A stretch of 64,000 nucleotides of DNA from an uncultured bacterium (GTDB lineage: Bacteria > Verrucomicrobiota > Verrucomicrobiia > Limisphaerales > UBA8199): assembly GCA_963749495.1 (NCBI GenBank), contig CAVVMW010000021.1, positions 256,001 through 320,000 of the forward strand, given 5' to 3'. Under the pieces are notes generated by a model. The model saw only the letters and a program-made list of their open reading frames with translations, was not told the origin of the DNA and ran no database searches. Shown in pieces: positions 1-9,130 of the stretch (positions are counted from its first letter, which is position 1; each line of letters starts with the position of its first letter). The position numbers and the translations under genes were made by a program.

Positions 1-1
1 T

Positions 2-133
2 AGTATGGACACCTGCGGCAGCGACACCTGTACCGATGACCACACCTGCTCTGGTACGAACACTTGCGGGAGCGACTCCTGTTCGAAAGCCGCGAACACC
101 TGCAGCCACGCCCATACCTCCTTCTTCCTATGA
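2..133 (+). CDS. Cys-rich repeat peptide, candidate RiPP precursor (probably 5'-truncated by the window edge)
   Basis: Manual translation from base 2: SMDTCGSDTCTDDHTCSGTNTCGSDSCSKAANTCSHAHTSFFL*. Six Cys, each in [D/H/N]-[T/S]-C, spaced 5-7 residues apart. Stop TGA 131-133 overlaps ATG 130-132 of the next gene. Absent from the ORF track. Confidence 0.75.
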   Translation, partial: SMDTCGSDTCTDDHTCSGTNTCGSDSCSKAANTCSHAHTSFFL

Positions 134-1674
134 CACCCCGCAGCCGCCTCCCACCTAGAGCTGCGGCGGTGGTTCGCTTGCGCGGGGAGCGCTGTCTGAT
201 AGCGTCGGCGGCGCCCCCGTTTCAGAGCGCCCATTGGCCCTCCGCGAGGAAGCTGGTCTCAGAGCTCGGCCTGCCGGCTGAGATGGCCGCGGAACTCCAC
301 AAGTGCACAGTGGTCCAGTCCCGAGTGCTGAGCGCGTTAGGGAATTGCGGATCGCCCTGGCCCGTCGCCCTCCCGCAGGCGGAGGGCTTCGACCCGGGTC
401 TCGAGGAGGTTCGCAGACGAGAGCAACTGCGTAGCACTCGGCGGGGCGTGAGATTCCTGGGGCGCTGTTCCAGGGAGGTCACCCTGGGTGCCCTGGAATT
501 GCTGGCGCATGGGATTGCCAGCCAGGGGCATGTCGAGGTGACCTTCAAGCTGTGGGAGCTCCTGGCGGATTGGGGTTGCGGGAGGGAGTTGATCCGGGAC
601 GTCTGCTCCTACTTGTTCCAAACGCGGCGGTTCGGCTGCAACGTCACAGCGTTCTCCGAGTTGGCCGAGATCCCCGCCGGGCTCTGGGAATTCGTGTACG
701 AGCGGCCGCGTGTCCGCATTGCCTGGGTGGCGGCGGATCTGGCGGCGTTCCGGGACATGCGCGATTTTGACGAGTGGCGCGAGACGAGCGTTGCCTTCAG
801 CAACTTGCAGGAGTTGGGCAGCGAGGGGCTGTGGCCGCTGGTTGTGCTCCCGGCTTCGAAGGCAAACGTCAGGCTGCTTCCCGGCCTGGCCTTGACCCTG
901 GTGGAAGCCGCCCGCGGCGCGGCCATTGAGATCGAGCCGCTGCCGCATGTTGACCCGACCGCGCGGCCGGCACCGCGTGTGCCCTCCGAGGAGGGCGCAG
1001 GCGGGACCATCGAAGGCCCCGCGCGCCACCAACCGCCGGGCGTGGCAGAGTATGTCGAGGCGCTGCTGGCCATTTACCCGGACCGGCGAATCCCACTGCG
1101 GCTGCTCTGGCCGCTGTCGTGGGTGGCAGAGCGCATCGAGTCCGAGCAGATCATGGCCAGCTCGTTGGGGGCGGCTGGAGCGGAGGTCGCGGTCACGCCG
1201 GACGGGAATCTGTACGCCGGGGAAGGGGCCGCTGGGATCGAGGATTGGCGGCTGGGCAACGTGCTCGAGGAGAGCGGTCACGTACGATGGGAGCGGCTCA
1301 ACATGATGGCAGAGGGGTTTCCCGGCTCCGCCGCGCGGGAGCGTTGCGGGGGTTGCGATTGGCGCTGGCGGTGCGGCGGGGTGGACGCGAGTGTGCTGCT
1401 GATGGCAGAGGCCGCGCACTACGAGGCGGACGGGCAACCGGACCCGCCTTTCGTGGATCTTTACTGCGAGCCGCGGAGGCAGCTTTTCGAGGAGATGCTC
1501 TGGGGGGCGGCCGAGGTGGCCGAGAGGCCCGAGGCTCCCGGCGCCCGGGAGCGAATCCAGTTGCGCCAGGATGGGATTGATTTCCTGCCGGTGGCTGGGG
1601 CGGAAGGCTCGAATGACAGCGGCGCGGAGCCCGTGCCCGGAGCGCCGTCGCTGGCGGGAGGGTGGAACAAATGA
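130..1674 (+). CDS. Degenerate radical SAM/SPASM-like protein (no CxxxCxxC; retains Cx2Cx5C...C)
   Basis: SPASM-like C-terminus: AVTPDGNLYAGE...RLGNV...CGGCDWRWRCGG...LYC. Start at ATG 130 inferred from the ATGA overlap with the peptide stop. Confidence 0.7.
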   Translation: MTPRSRLPPRAAAVVRLRGERCLIASAAPPFQSAHWPSARKLVSELGLPAEMAAELHKCTVVQSRVLSALGNCGSPWPVALPQAEGFDPGLEEVRRREQLRSTRRGVRFLGRCSREVTLGALELLAHGIASQGHVEVTFKLWELLADWGCGRELIRDVCSYLFQTRRFGCNVTAFSELAEIPAGLWEFVYERPRVRIAWVAADLAAFRDMRDFDEWRETSVAFSNLQELGSEGLWPLVVLPASKANVRLLPGLALTLVEAARGAAIEIEPLPHVDPTARPAPRVPSEEGAGGTIEGPARHQPPGVAEYVEALLAIYPDRRIPLRLLWPLSWVAERIESEQIMASSLGAAGAEVAVTPDGNLYAGEGAAGIEDWRLGNVLEESGHVRWERLNMMAEGFPGSAARERCGGCDWRWRCGGVDASVLLMAEAAHYEADGQPDPPFVDLYCEPRRQLFEEMLWGAAEVAERPEAPGARERIQLRQDGIDFLPVAGAEGSNDSGAEPVPGAPSLAGGWNK

Positions 1675-2894
1675 ATGCCTTGGTAGCGCCCGCAAGACAG
1701 GACCGAGGGACGGTAGCCACGCCGGAGCGGCCTGCTCCCAAGCTGCCGTGGTCCCAAATCTATGAGAGCCTGCCCGCGGTGCGGAGTGTGCACAGCCTGG
1801 ATCTCGACGTAACCGAGGCGTGCAACCTGGCCTGCATCTACTGTTTCAAATGGCGAAAGCAGCCGGTCCACATGGACGAGGCCACAGCCAAGAATGCCAT
1901 CAACTGGCTCCTGGAGGCCAGCGGCGGCTTCACCGGCGAAGTCAAGGTGAATTTCATGGGTGGCGAGCCGCTCCTGCGCTTCGACCTCATCAAGCAGATT
2001 GTGCCTTACGGCAAGATGCGCGCGCGGCAGAGGGGGCAGAATCTGCACTTCGGTTGCACAACCAACTGCACACACCTTACGGACGAGATGATGAGCTTCT
2101 GGCGCCGCTTCGGCATGGGCTTTCACTGCTCGATCAACGGCATTCCGGAGGTCCAGAACGCCAACAGGCCGATGCTAGGCGGCGGGCCGAGCGCCCCGGC
2201 GGTCGAGAAAAACGTGCCGAAGATCCTGGCCTACCGCCCAAACGTGATGGCGCGGGCAACCGTTTCCCCCAAGTCTGTGCGTGCCCTCTCCGCAAGCGCC
2301 AAGTACCTCGCAGGTCTTGGGTTCCGCTCGATGACCTTCAAGGCGGCGGTCAATTGTGACTGGAAACCGGAGGATTTCGATGCCTTGCGTTCCCAGTACG
2401 AGAAGCTGGGGGAGTTTTATATCAACGCGTTGCTATCGGGAAAGCAGACCACGGTCGAGGACTTTCGAGGGGGTCTGCTGGCCATTCACTCCCTGGAGGC
2501 CAAGGCTCGTTTCCCCTGCGGAGCGGGCAGGGGTGTTGTCCTGGTGGACCCGCGCGGTGACGTGTGGCCCTGCCATCGTTTCGGCCCCCACCAGTGCGGG
2601 GGCCAGTTCCGTTTTTGCAAGCTCGGCGAGCCGTTCAGCGACCGCCTGCGCGCCGTGTTCCTGCGCTACAACGTGCTGGAAGACGCGCTCACCGACTGCC
2701 GGAGTTGCCCCGCTGTCTTGGCCTGCAGAAGTTGGTGCTACGCTGAGTGTGTTGATTGCACTCAGACCTTTTATGACCCCGGCAAAGAGTACTGCCAGGC
2801 GATCAAGATTGTTTACGCCGAGGTCCTGCGCGTCCATGATACCCTCAGGTCCCGCCACGCGGAGATCCTGCAACGCATCCTCAAGGAGCCATGA
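1671..2894 (+). CDS. Radical SAM/SPASM domain peptide maturase
   Basis: CNLACIYC, GGEPLL, TTN, CGAG...GDVWPCH, CRSCPAVLACRSWC...YC; ATGA overlaps at both ends. Confidence 0.93.
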   Translation: MNALVAPARQDRGTVATPERPAPKLPWSQIYESLPAVRSVHSLDLDVTEACNLACIYCFKWRKQPVHMDEATAKNAINWLLEASGGFTGEVKVNFMGGEPLLRFDLIKQIVPYGKMRARQRGQNLHFGCTTNCTHLTDEMMSFWRRFGMGFHCSINGIPEVQNANRPMLGGGPSAPAVEKNVPKILAYRPNVMARATVSPKSVRALSASAKYLAGLGFRSMTFKAAVNCDWKPEDFDALRSQYEKLGEFYINALLSGKQTTVEDFRGGLLAIHSLEAKARFPCGAGRGVVLVDPRGDVWPCHRFGPHQCGGQFRFCKLGEPFSDRLRAVFLRYNVLEDALTDCRSCPAVLACRSWCYAECVDCTQTFYDPGKEYCQAIKIVYAEVLRVHDTLRSRHAEILQRILKEP

Positions 2895-4675
2895 AATCCC
2901 GATTGGCATGGCTGGCAGACCCCGAGTATGCGGACTCCTACTCGGCGCGGGAGACCCGGGTGCTGCTGCGGGCCATCGCCCGCCAGGGAGACATCGTGCC
3001 GCTCTGGTTCGCCGTCGGCTCAGCGGAGCCGCCGCACCATTGGGACGGCATCCGCGTGTTTCCTGTGCCGCCGGAAAGCCTGGAGTCCCCCGACTTCCTC
3101 CGCACGCTCATTGCACAGCAGCGCCCGCATCTCCTCCTGTGGGATATCCCACGCTCGGCCTTCCCGGCGGGCTTCGACTACCTGGGGCAGAACGGCGCAA
3201 ATTGGATTCACCGCGTGAGCCCCGATGATGTTTCGACGGGCGCTGCGTTCCTTGCGCCGCTGGTGCTCTGCGGCGCAGGCCCTGCCCAGCCCCGTTCCGA
3301 CCAACTGTGCGCTTTGCCCTATCTGCGCGGCCTTGACCCCGCGGTGAGGGACGGTGCCGACCCAAGCACCGTCTTGGAGTTGGTCCAAGAGGCCATCGCC
3401 GACCGCCTCTCATCGGGGGCTTCGGCGGCGCCGGAAAGCCGCGCCGGGGCGATGCCGGGGCCATGCCACGTGGTGATGCGCCAGCCGTTGTTCAGCAATT
3501 CCAGTGTCGCCCACGTCATGTTCGAGCTTACGAACGCATTGATCGAGATCGGGGTTCCGACCGTGCCCCAGGATGAGCAGGCGATGCTTTCGCGCAGCTA
3601 CATCCACCGCGAAGAGGACCTTTTCCGCGCCGGAGCGCCCGAGAAGTACCGAGGATCGCCGGGTGCATCAACCGGGCCTACGATCCCGAAACCGCGGTCA
3701 CCGTGCATTTCTCCATGCTCAAGGCCGGCGCGAGGTGCTCGTGCTTCGGGACCTTCCCGGCCCTGACCCCACGCGAGGTCATTTACACGACCGGAAATCA
3801 CACCGTGACACCCAAATGGACTGCGCCCTCTCACGACCGCCTTCGAGAAGATCCTCGCGCCTTCGACCCACGTCCTCATGCCATACCTTGACGCCGGCTT
3901 GAACCCGGCCTGCGGCGCTGTCATCCCGCACGGGATCAACCCGGCGATTTTCACGCCCGAGGCGTCCCCGCTCGCCTACCCTACGAAGAAGGGTTTCAAA
4001 TTCCTCCAGACGAGTTTTCCCTGGATTAACGAGAAGGGCCTTGATCTGACCGTTCAGTCGTTTTGCCGTGCGTTCACCAGCCGGGACGACGTGGCCCTTG
4101 TCCTCAGGACTCCAGCCATTCGCGACCCCGGGGAGCGCAGCCGCACTTTCGGCCAACTTGGAGCCCTGGTGAGCCAGGAAACAGCCAAGCCCGGCGCCCC
4201 GGAGGTCCTGCTCATCGAGCGGGACATTGAGATCAACCGCCGCGCCGGGATCTATACCGGGGCCGATTGTTATGTCTTCCCGTTGCGAGCGGAGGGGTTC
4301 GGGATGACCATTCTCGAGGCTATGGCCTGCGGGCTGCCGGTCATAGCAACCCCCTGGAGCGGGCCGGCTGATTTTCTGTCGCCGCGCTACAATTATACGT
4401 TGCGCCATTCCAACCCCATCCCGGAGCGGGCGAGAGACGGTACCCTCCTGCGCTATCATGTGCAACCCGACTTGGACCATCTCGTCCATCTCATGCGCTA
4501 CGTGTATGAACACCGGGACGAGGCCAAGGCGCTGGGGCGGCGGGCAAGCTGGGTAGCCCGCCGTGATTGGACATGGAGGGCTGCCGCCTTCAAACTGGCG
4601 ACGGTCCTCGGGCTCTCGGTCCCAGCCTGCGCTGCACGGACCTCGACAGCAAGCGCATTGGAGGGCGGGGAATAG
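2891..4675 (+). CDS. GT4 (GT-B) glycosyltransferase with extra N-terminal domain; frameshifted near 3655 and 3825
   Basis: Joins ORFs 2891, 3703 and 3878. C-terminal motifs KGLDL and FPLRAEGFGMTILEAMACGLPVIAT. Confidence 0.8.
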
Positions 4676-4793
4676 TGCCTTACGCGCAGGTCAAAGCGGT
4701 GCCGCAGCTTCTCACCGACCGAGATCCGGCTTCGGCTGCAACCCAAGCTGCCGTATCAACGCTGCGGGGTTGAGGCGAGGCGACTGATCCGGT

Positions 4794-5974
4794 ATGATCT
4801 ACGTGAATCTGCCGTTTGGCTCAGCCCATGGGTGGGGAGTCCTCGGCAAATGCGTCACCCGCGAACTCGCCCGCATGGAGCCTCTGCGGATCATCACCGA
4901 ACCCTTCTCCATGAGCGCCATCGGCGATGCCCTCGAGTTCTACGAGATCCAAAGTCTCTTGTTGCATCCTGCCGAGGCGGCGGTGCTCCCGGCAAGCGAC
5001 GGCCCCTGCCTCCTCGATGGTCCGCTCCTCCAAGGAATTGGCGATGAGCGGCTCCTCCCAAGGCGCCTGGACATTCGGGCAAAGAACACCATCGGCTACA
5101 CCTTCTTCGAATACGACATGCTGAAACCCGAGTGGATCGAGAACGGCCGGCGATACTTCAGCCGTGTCGCCACCGGCTCCAGGTGGTGCACACGAATCCT
5201 CATAGAAGCTGGGTTAGGCAAGGTGGTCACTGTCGTGCAGGGCATCGACCCGCTGGTCTTTCACCCCATTGCCAAGGAGCGCGGGAGGGAGTTCTTCGGA
5301 GACAGGTTCGTGGTCTTCTCCGGCGGCAAGTTCGAATTCCGCAAAGGCCAGGATGTCGCGATTCGCGCCTACAAAGTCCTGCAGGATCGCCATGCTGATG
5401 TGATGCTCGTCAATGTCTGGTTCAATCCCTGGCCGGCTATCTTCGAAACCATGCGAGCCTCATCGCTGATCCGTTTCTGCCCACGAGGGAGAAACGTACG
5501 ACCAGGCGATCCAGAGCGTGCTGGCTGACAATGGGCTTGATCTGAGGCGTGTCATCACTTGTCCCCAGCAGACTCAACCTCGCCATGGCACGCACCTATC
5601 ACAACAGCGACGTAGGCCTTTTCCCAAATCGCTGCGAGGGGGGCACCAACTTGGTGCTGATGGAATACATGGCCTGCGGCAAGCCGGTCGTGGCGGTCAG
5701 CACGACCGGCCATGCGGACATCGTCAATTCCTCCAACGCGCTGGTCATTGGCACGAAGGGCGAAACGACGATCACCGATGAACAGGGCGTGCCGGTGGCT
5801 CGGTGGCCCGAACCGGATCTGGACGATGCAATCGATAAGCTGGAATGGGCTTACCAAAACCGGGACAAGCTGCGCGAATTAGGCGACCGGGCCGGCGCGG
5901 ACCTCGGCCAGCGGACTTGGCGCAAAACAGCGGAGGCCTTCCAGAGAATAATCCATGAGACCGCCGGGGTCTGA
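4794..5974 (+). CDS. GT4 glycosyltransferase; frameshifted near 5490 and 5572
   Basis: Joins ORFs 4794, 5518 and 5549. Motifs QGIDP, GGKFEFRKGQD, FPNRCEGGTNLVLMEYMACGKPVV. Confidence 0.85.
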
Positions 5975-6052
5975 ATGCTGCTCCGAGGCGGGCCGAGGGT
6001 CGGGGGCCGAGGGGCGAGGCACGCTTACACGGGCCTCCGCTCCGCGCTAGCG

Positions 6053-6136
6053 TTTTGGACTGCGCTCCCGATGCATCGGGAGCGCTTTTGGGACCCTGGG
6101 GACGCGAAAGCGCCTGAGAAGTGGCGCAGTCCAAAA
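6053..6136. repeat. Palindromic repeat family A (TTTTGGACTGCG...CGCAGTCCAAAA), diverged copy
   Basis: Terminal inverted repeats shared with seven other copies in the window. Confidence 0.75.
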
Positions 6137-6188
6137 CCATGCGGCCTTTGGGCCGATTTGTGAAGGGCGTGGGTTTGCAAGAAACAGG

Positions 6189-6217
6189 TTGCTGCCGGGC
6201 GGCCTTTGGCATATTGT
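6189..6217 (+). promoter_or_regulatory. Putative sigma70 promoter for tRNA-Arg
   Basis: TTGCTG-17 nt-TATTGT, 11 nt before the tRNA. Confidence 0.45.
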
Positions 6218-6228
6218 TGCGGCGACCT

Positions 6229-6305
6229 GCGCGAGTAGCTCAATTGGATAGAGCGTCGGCCTCCGGAGCCGAAGGTTGCGGGTTCGACCCCCGCCTCGCG
6301 TACCA
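6229..6305 (+). tRNA. tRNA-Arg(CCG)
   Basis: Acceptor stem GCGCGAG/CTCGCGT, anticodon arm TCGGC-CTCCGGA-GCCGA, GGTTCGA T-loop, encoded CCA. Confidence 0.97.
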
Positions 6306-6409
6306 CCTTGCCCCCATTTTGCTATACATTGCCCCTCGCCCCCCATAAAATCCCGGCACTTGACGACGACGATCCGACAACGAACTGAATAGCCAATCCA
6401 GTCAATCGT

Positions 6410-7591
6410 ATGCGCACACTCCCGATCTTTCTCGCCTTTTTCCTCATGGGGCTTGCCGACGCCATGGGCCCGAATTCCGACGCGGTGAAGGGTTTCTATG
6501 ACCTGGACAACGTGAGCTCCACGTTGCTCTCGTTCGTCGTGTTCATCGCGTTCGCGGTCTTCAGTGTGCCCGGCGGCGTGTTGGCCGCGCGCATCGGCAA
6601 GAAGAAGCTGCTGCTCCTGGGACTGGGCCTCAACGCGGCGGCGTTGGTAATCCCCTCAGTCACGGTCCCGAGTTTCGAGGTTCTGCTGGGCTGCATCTTT
6701 GTCCTGGGAATGGGGACGACCTTCCTCCAGGTCGCCGGCAATCCCATCATGCGCGATGTCAGCCCCGAAGGCCGATACAGCCGCAACCTCGCCTTTGCCC
6801 AGGGTGTCAAGGGCGTCGGCAGCACCGCCTCGACCTTCCTGGTCACCGCCATCAGCGGCTGGGTCTTGTTCAAGAGCATGGATTGGCGCGCGGCCTTTCC
6901 GCTCTTCTGCGTGCTCATGACTCTGGCCTTCGTGTCCGTGGCCTTCTTGAACGTGAAGGAAACCAAGGTTGACGAACCGCCCAGCATCGGCTCCAGCCTT
7001 GGCCTGCTCAAGGAGCCTATCTTCCTCATGGCGGTGCTGGGCATCTTCCTTTATGTCGGCGCCGAGTCTTCGATGGGACGGTTCTTGAAGCCGACCCTGA
7101 TGGATTTTGGGCTGGACAAGCAGACCGCCAACACACTGGGCCCCACGCTGTTTTTTGCCCTGCTCGCCCTTGGCCGCATCCTGGGCGGCGCGCTGCTCAC
7201 AATCATGACTCCTCGGACCTGCTTCCGCCTTTCCGCCTTCCTGGGCCTGCTCGGCGCCGCCGCGATGATGGCCGGCTCAAAACCCCTGGCCTTCGCAGGC
7301 ATCGTCGCCGCGGGGTTGGGCTTCGCCAGCATCTGGCCCATGCTCTTCTCCATCACCGTCGAGGAACGGCCCAAGTGCGCCAACGAGTTGAGCGGTCTCA
7401 TGTGCATGGCTATCTCCGGCGGCGCCCTGGTGCCACTGCTCATGGGGTGGTTGATGGATCGGAAAATCGGCGCCGTGTCCTTCGCCGTCCCCACCGCCTG
7501 CTTCGCCTACATCTTCCTGCTCTCGCTCAAGGGTGGCGGCAAGCCCGCAACCCCTGCTCCCCAACAACGCCCGGAGGCGGCCAAGGCCTGA
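6410..7591 (+). CDS. MFS sugar transporter (FucP/GluP-like)
   Basis: Hydrophobic 393 aa with LQVAGNP and GIFLYVGAE motifs. Confidence 0.88.
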   Translation: MRTLPIFLAFFLMGLADAMGPNSDAVKGFYDLDNVSSTLLSFVVFIAFAVFSVPGGVLAARIGKKKLLLLGLGLNAAALVIPSVTVPSFEVLLGCIFVLGMGTTFLQVAGNPIMRDVSPEGRYSRNLAFAQGVKGVGSTASTFLVTAISGWVLFKSMDWRAAFPLFCVLMTLAFVSVAFLNVKETKVDEPPSIGSSLGLLKEPIFLMAVLGIFLYVGAESSMGRFLKPTLMDFGLDKQTANTLGPTLFFALLALGRILGGALLTIMTPRTCFRLSAFLGLLGAAAMMAGSKPLAFAGIVAAGLGFASIWPMLFSITVEERPKCANELSGLMCMAISGGALVPLLMGWLMDRKIGAVSFAVPTACFAYIFLLSLKGGGKPATPAPQQRPEAAKA

Positions 7592-7632
7592 GCCCCTGAC
7601 CAGACCCTGTTGCACGAGCCCGCTGAAATGAA

Positions 7633-7716
7633 ACCTCTGTCGCAACCTTTGTCGCGGCCTTTGTCGGATTGGGCATTCGTCGACAGAGGTTGCGACAGAG
7701 GTTGCGACAAAGGTTC
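7633..7716. repeat. Inverted pair of 12-bp tandem arrays (CCTTTGTCGCAA / TTGCGACAAAGG)
   Basis: About three units, spacer, about three reverse-complement units; same family at 43193-43300. Confidence 0.85.
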
Positions 7717-7734
7717 GTCGAACAAACTACTCCT

Positions 7735-8902
7735 ATGACCCCGCGCACCGATCCCCGCATCGTCATGACCCTCGACGCCGGCGGAACCAACTTCCGCTTC
7801 TCTGCCATTCGCGGCAACCGCCCCGTGACCGAGACCGTCACCATGCCTTCCAACGGCGACAACCTCGACCTCTGCCTGGCCAACATCGTCGAGGGATTCT
7901 CCCGCATCAGCCGGGCCTGTCCCCAACCCCCGGCCGCCATCAGCTTCGCCTTCCCCGGGCCGGCCGATTACCCCAACGGCATCATCGGCGACCTGGGCAA
8001 CCTGCCCGGCTTCCGTGGCGGCGTCGCCCTGGGGCCGATGCTCCAAAAGAACTTCGGCATCCCCGTCTTCCTCAACAACGACGGCGACCTCTTCGTCTTG
8101 GGCGAGGCCATCGCCGGTTTTCTGCCTTACGTCAACGACCTCCTCAAGAAGGCCGGCAGCCCCAAGCGCTACAAGAACCTCTTTGGCGTCACCCTCGGCA
8201 CCGGCTTCGGCGGCGGCATCGTCCGCGACGGCCAGATCTTTCTCGGGGACAACTCGATGGCCGGCGAAGTCTGGCTGCTCCGCAACAAGCTCGACCCGCA
8301 AATGAACGCCGAGGAAGGCGCCAGCATTCGCGCCGTCCGCCGCGCTTATGCCGCCAAGGCCGGTCTCCCTTTCGAGCAGGCCCCCGAGCCGAGAGTCATT
8401 TACGAGATTGGCCTGGGCAAGCAACCGGGCAACCAGGCGGCTGCGATCGAGGCCTTCCGCAGGCTCGGCGAGGTCGTGGGCGACGCCATGGCCCAGGCGC
8501 TCACCCTGGTGGACGGCCTGGCCGTAGTTGGCGGCGGCATCTCGGGCTCCGCCTCCCTGTTCCTGCCCGCGCTGGTCGAGGAACTCAACGGCGCCTATAT
8601 TGCCCCCAACGGCAGACTCCTTCCGCCGCCTTGTCCAGGTCGCTTTCAACCTCGAGGACCCCGCCCAACGCAGGAAGTTCCTCGCAGGCCAGACGCGCCA
8701 AATCACCGTGCCCGGCGCCAAACGCAAGATGAAATACGACCCCCTGGCCCGCATCGGCGTCGGCCTTTCCCGCCTCGGCACCAGCGAGGCCGTTGCCATC
8801 GGCGCCTGCGCCTTCGCGCTCCAGAAGCTGGAATCATTGACGCCTGGAAGTCGTGGCACGCCAGTCAGAGGGTTATCACCTGGCGGTTCACCTTCACCTT
8901 GA
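7735..8902 (+). CDS. ROK family sugar kinase; frameshift near 8615
   Basis: LDAGGTN, FPGPADY, TLGTGFGGG, AGEVW; the C-terminus continues in the frame of ORF 8528. Confidence 0.88.
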
Positions 8903-9068
8903 ATCGACGCTCGACCTCAGGTTGGACATCCAGCCACTCGCGGATCGCCTCGCGAATATTGGCCAGTGCTTCCTCGCGTGTCGCCCCTTGCGAGCAGCAC
9001 CCTGGCAGGTCGTCGCACCACACCGCGACTCCTTCCGCCGATTCCACAAGCGTAATGTGGTAGTCCAT
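8865..9068 (-). CDS. Orphan HicB-family antitoxin
   Basis: LPGCCSQGATREEALANIREAI motif; own promoter TTGTCA-17-TAGGCT 6 nt before ATG; no hicA nearby. Confidence 0.85.
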   Translation of the reverse strand: MDYHITLVESAEGVAVWCDDLPGCCSQGATREEALANIREAIREWLDVQPEVERRFKVKVNRQVITL

Positions 9069-9130
9069 GTTTCAAGCCTAGACGGAAACTCTTTGCCTGA
9101 CAACCCGTTTCCCGCTACAACCCCTCGAGT

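Noticed and set aside
64..129. ORF-track start at 64 for the first SPASM protein
   Set aside because: It overlaps the Cys-rich peptide; ATG 130 gives a clean ATGA coupling.
4675..4773. 32-aa ORF between the two glycosyltransferases
   Set aside because: GTG overlaps the previous stop, but there is no Cys, motif or RBS; insufficient support.
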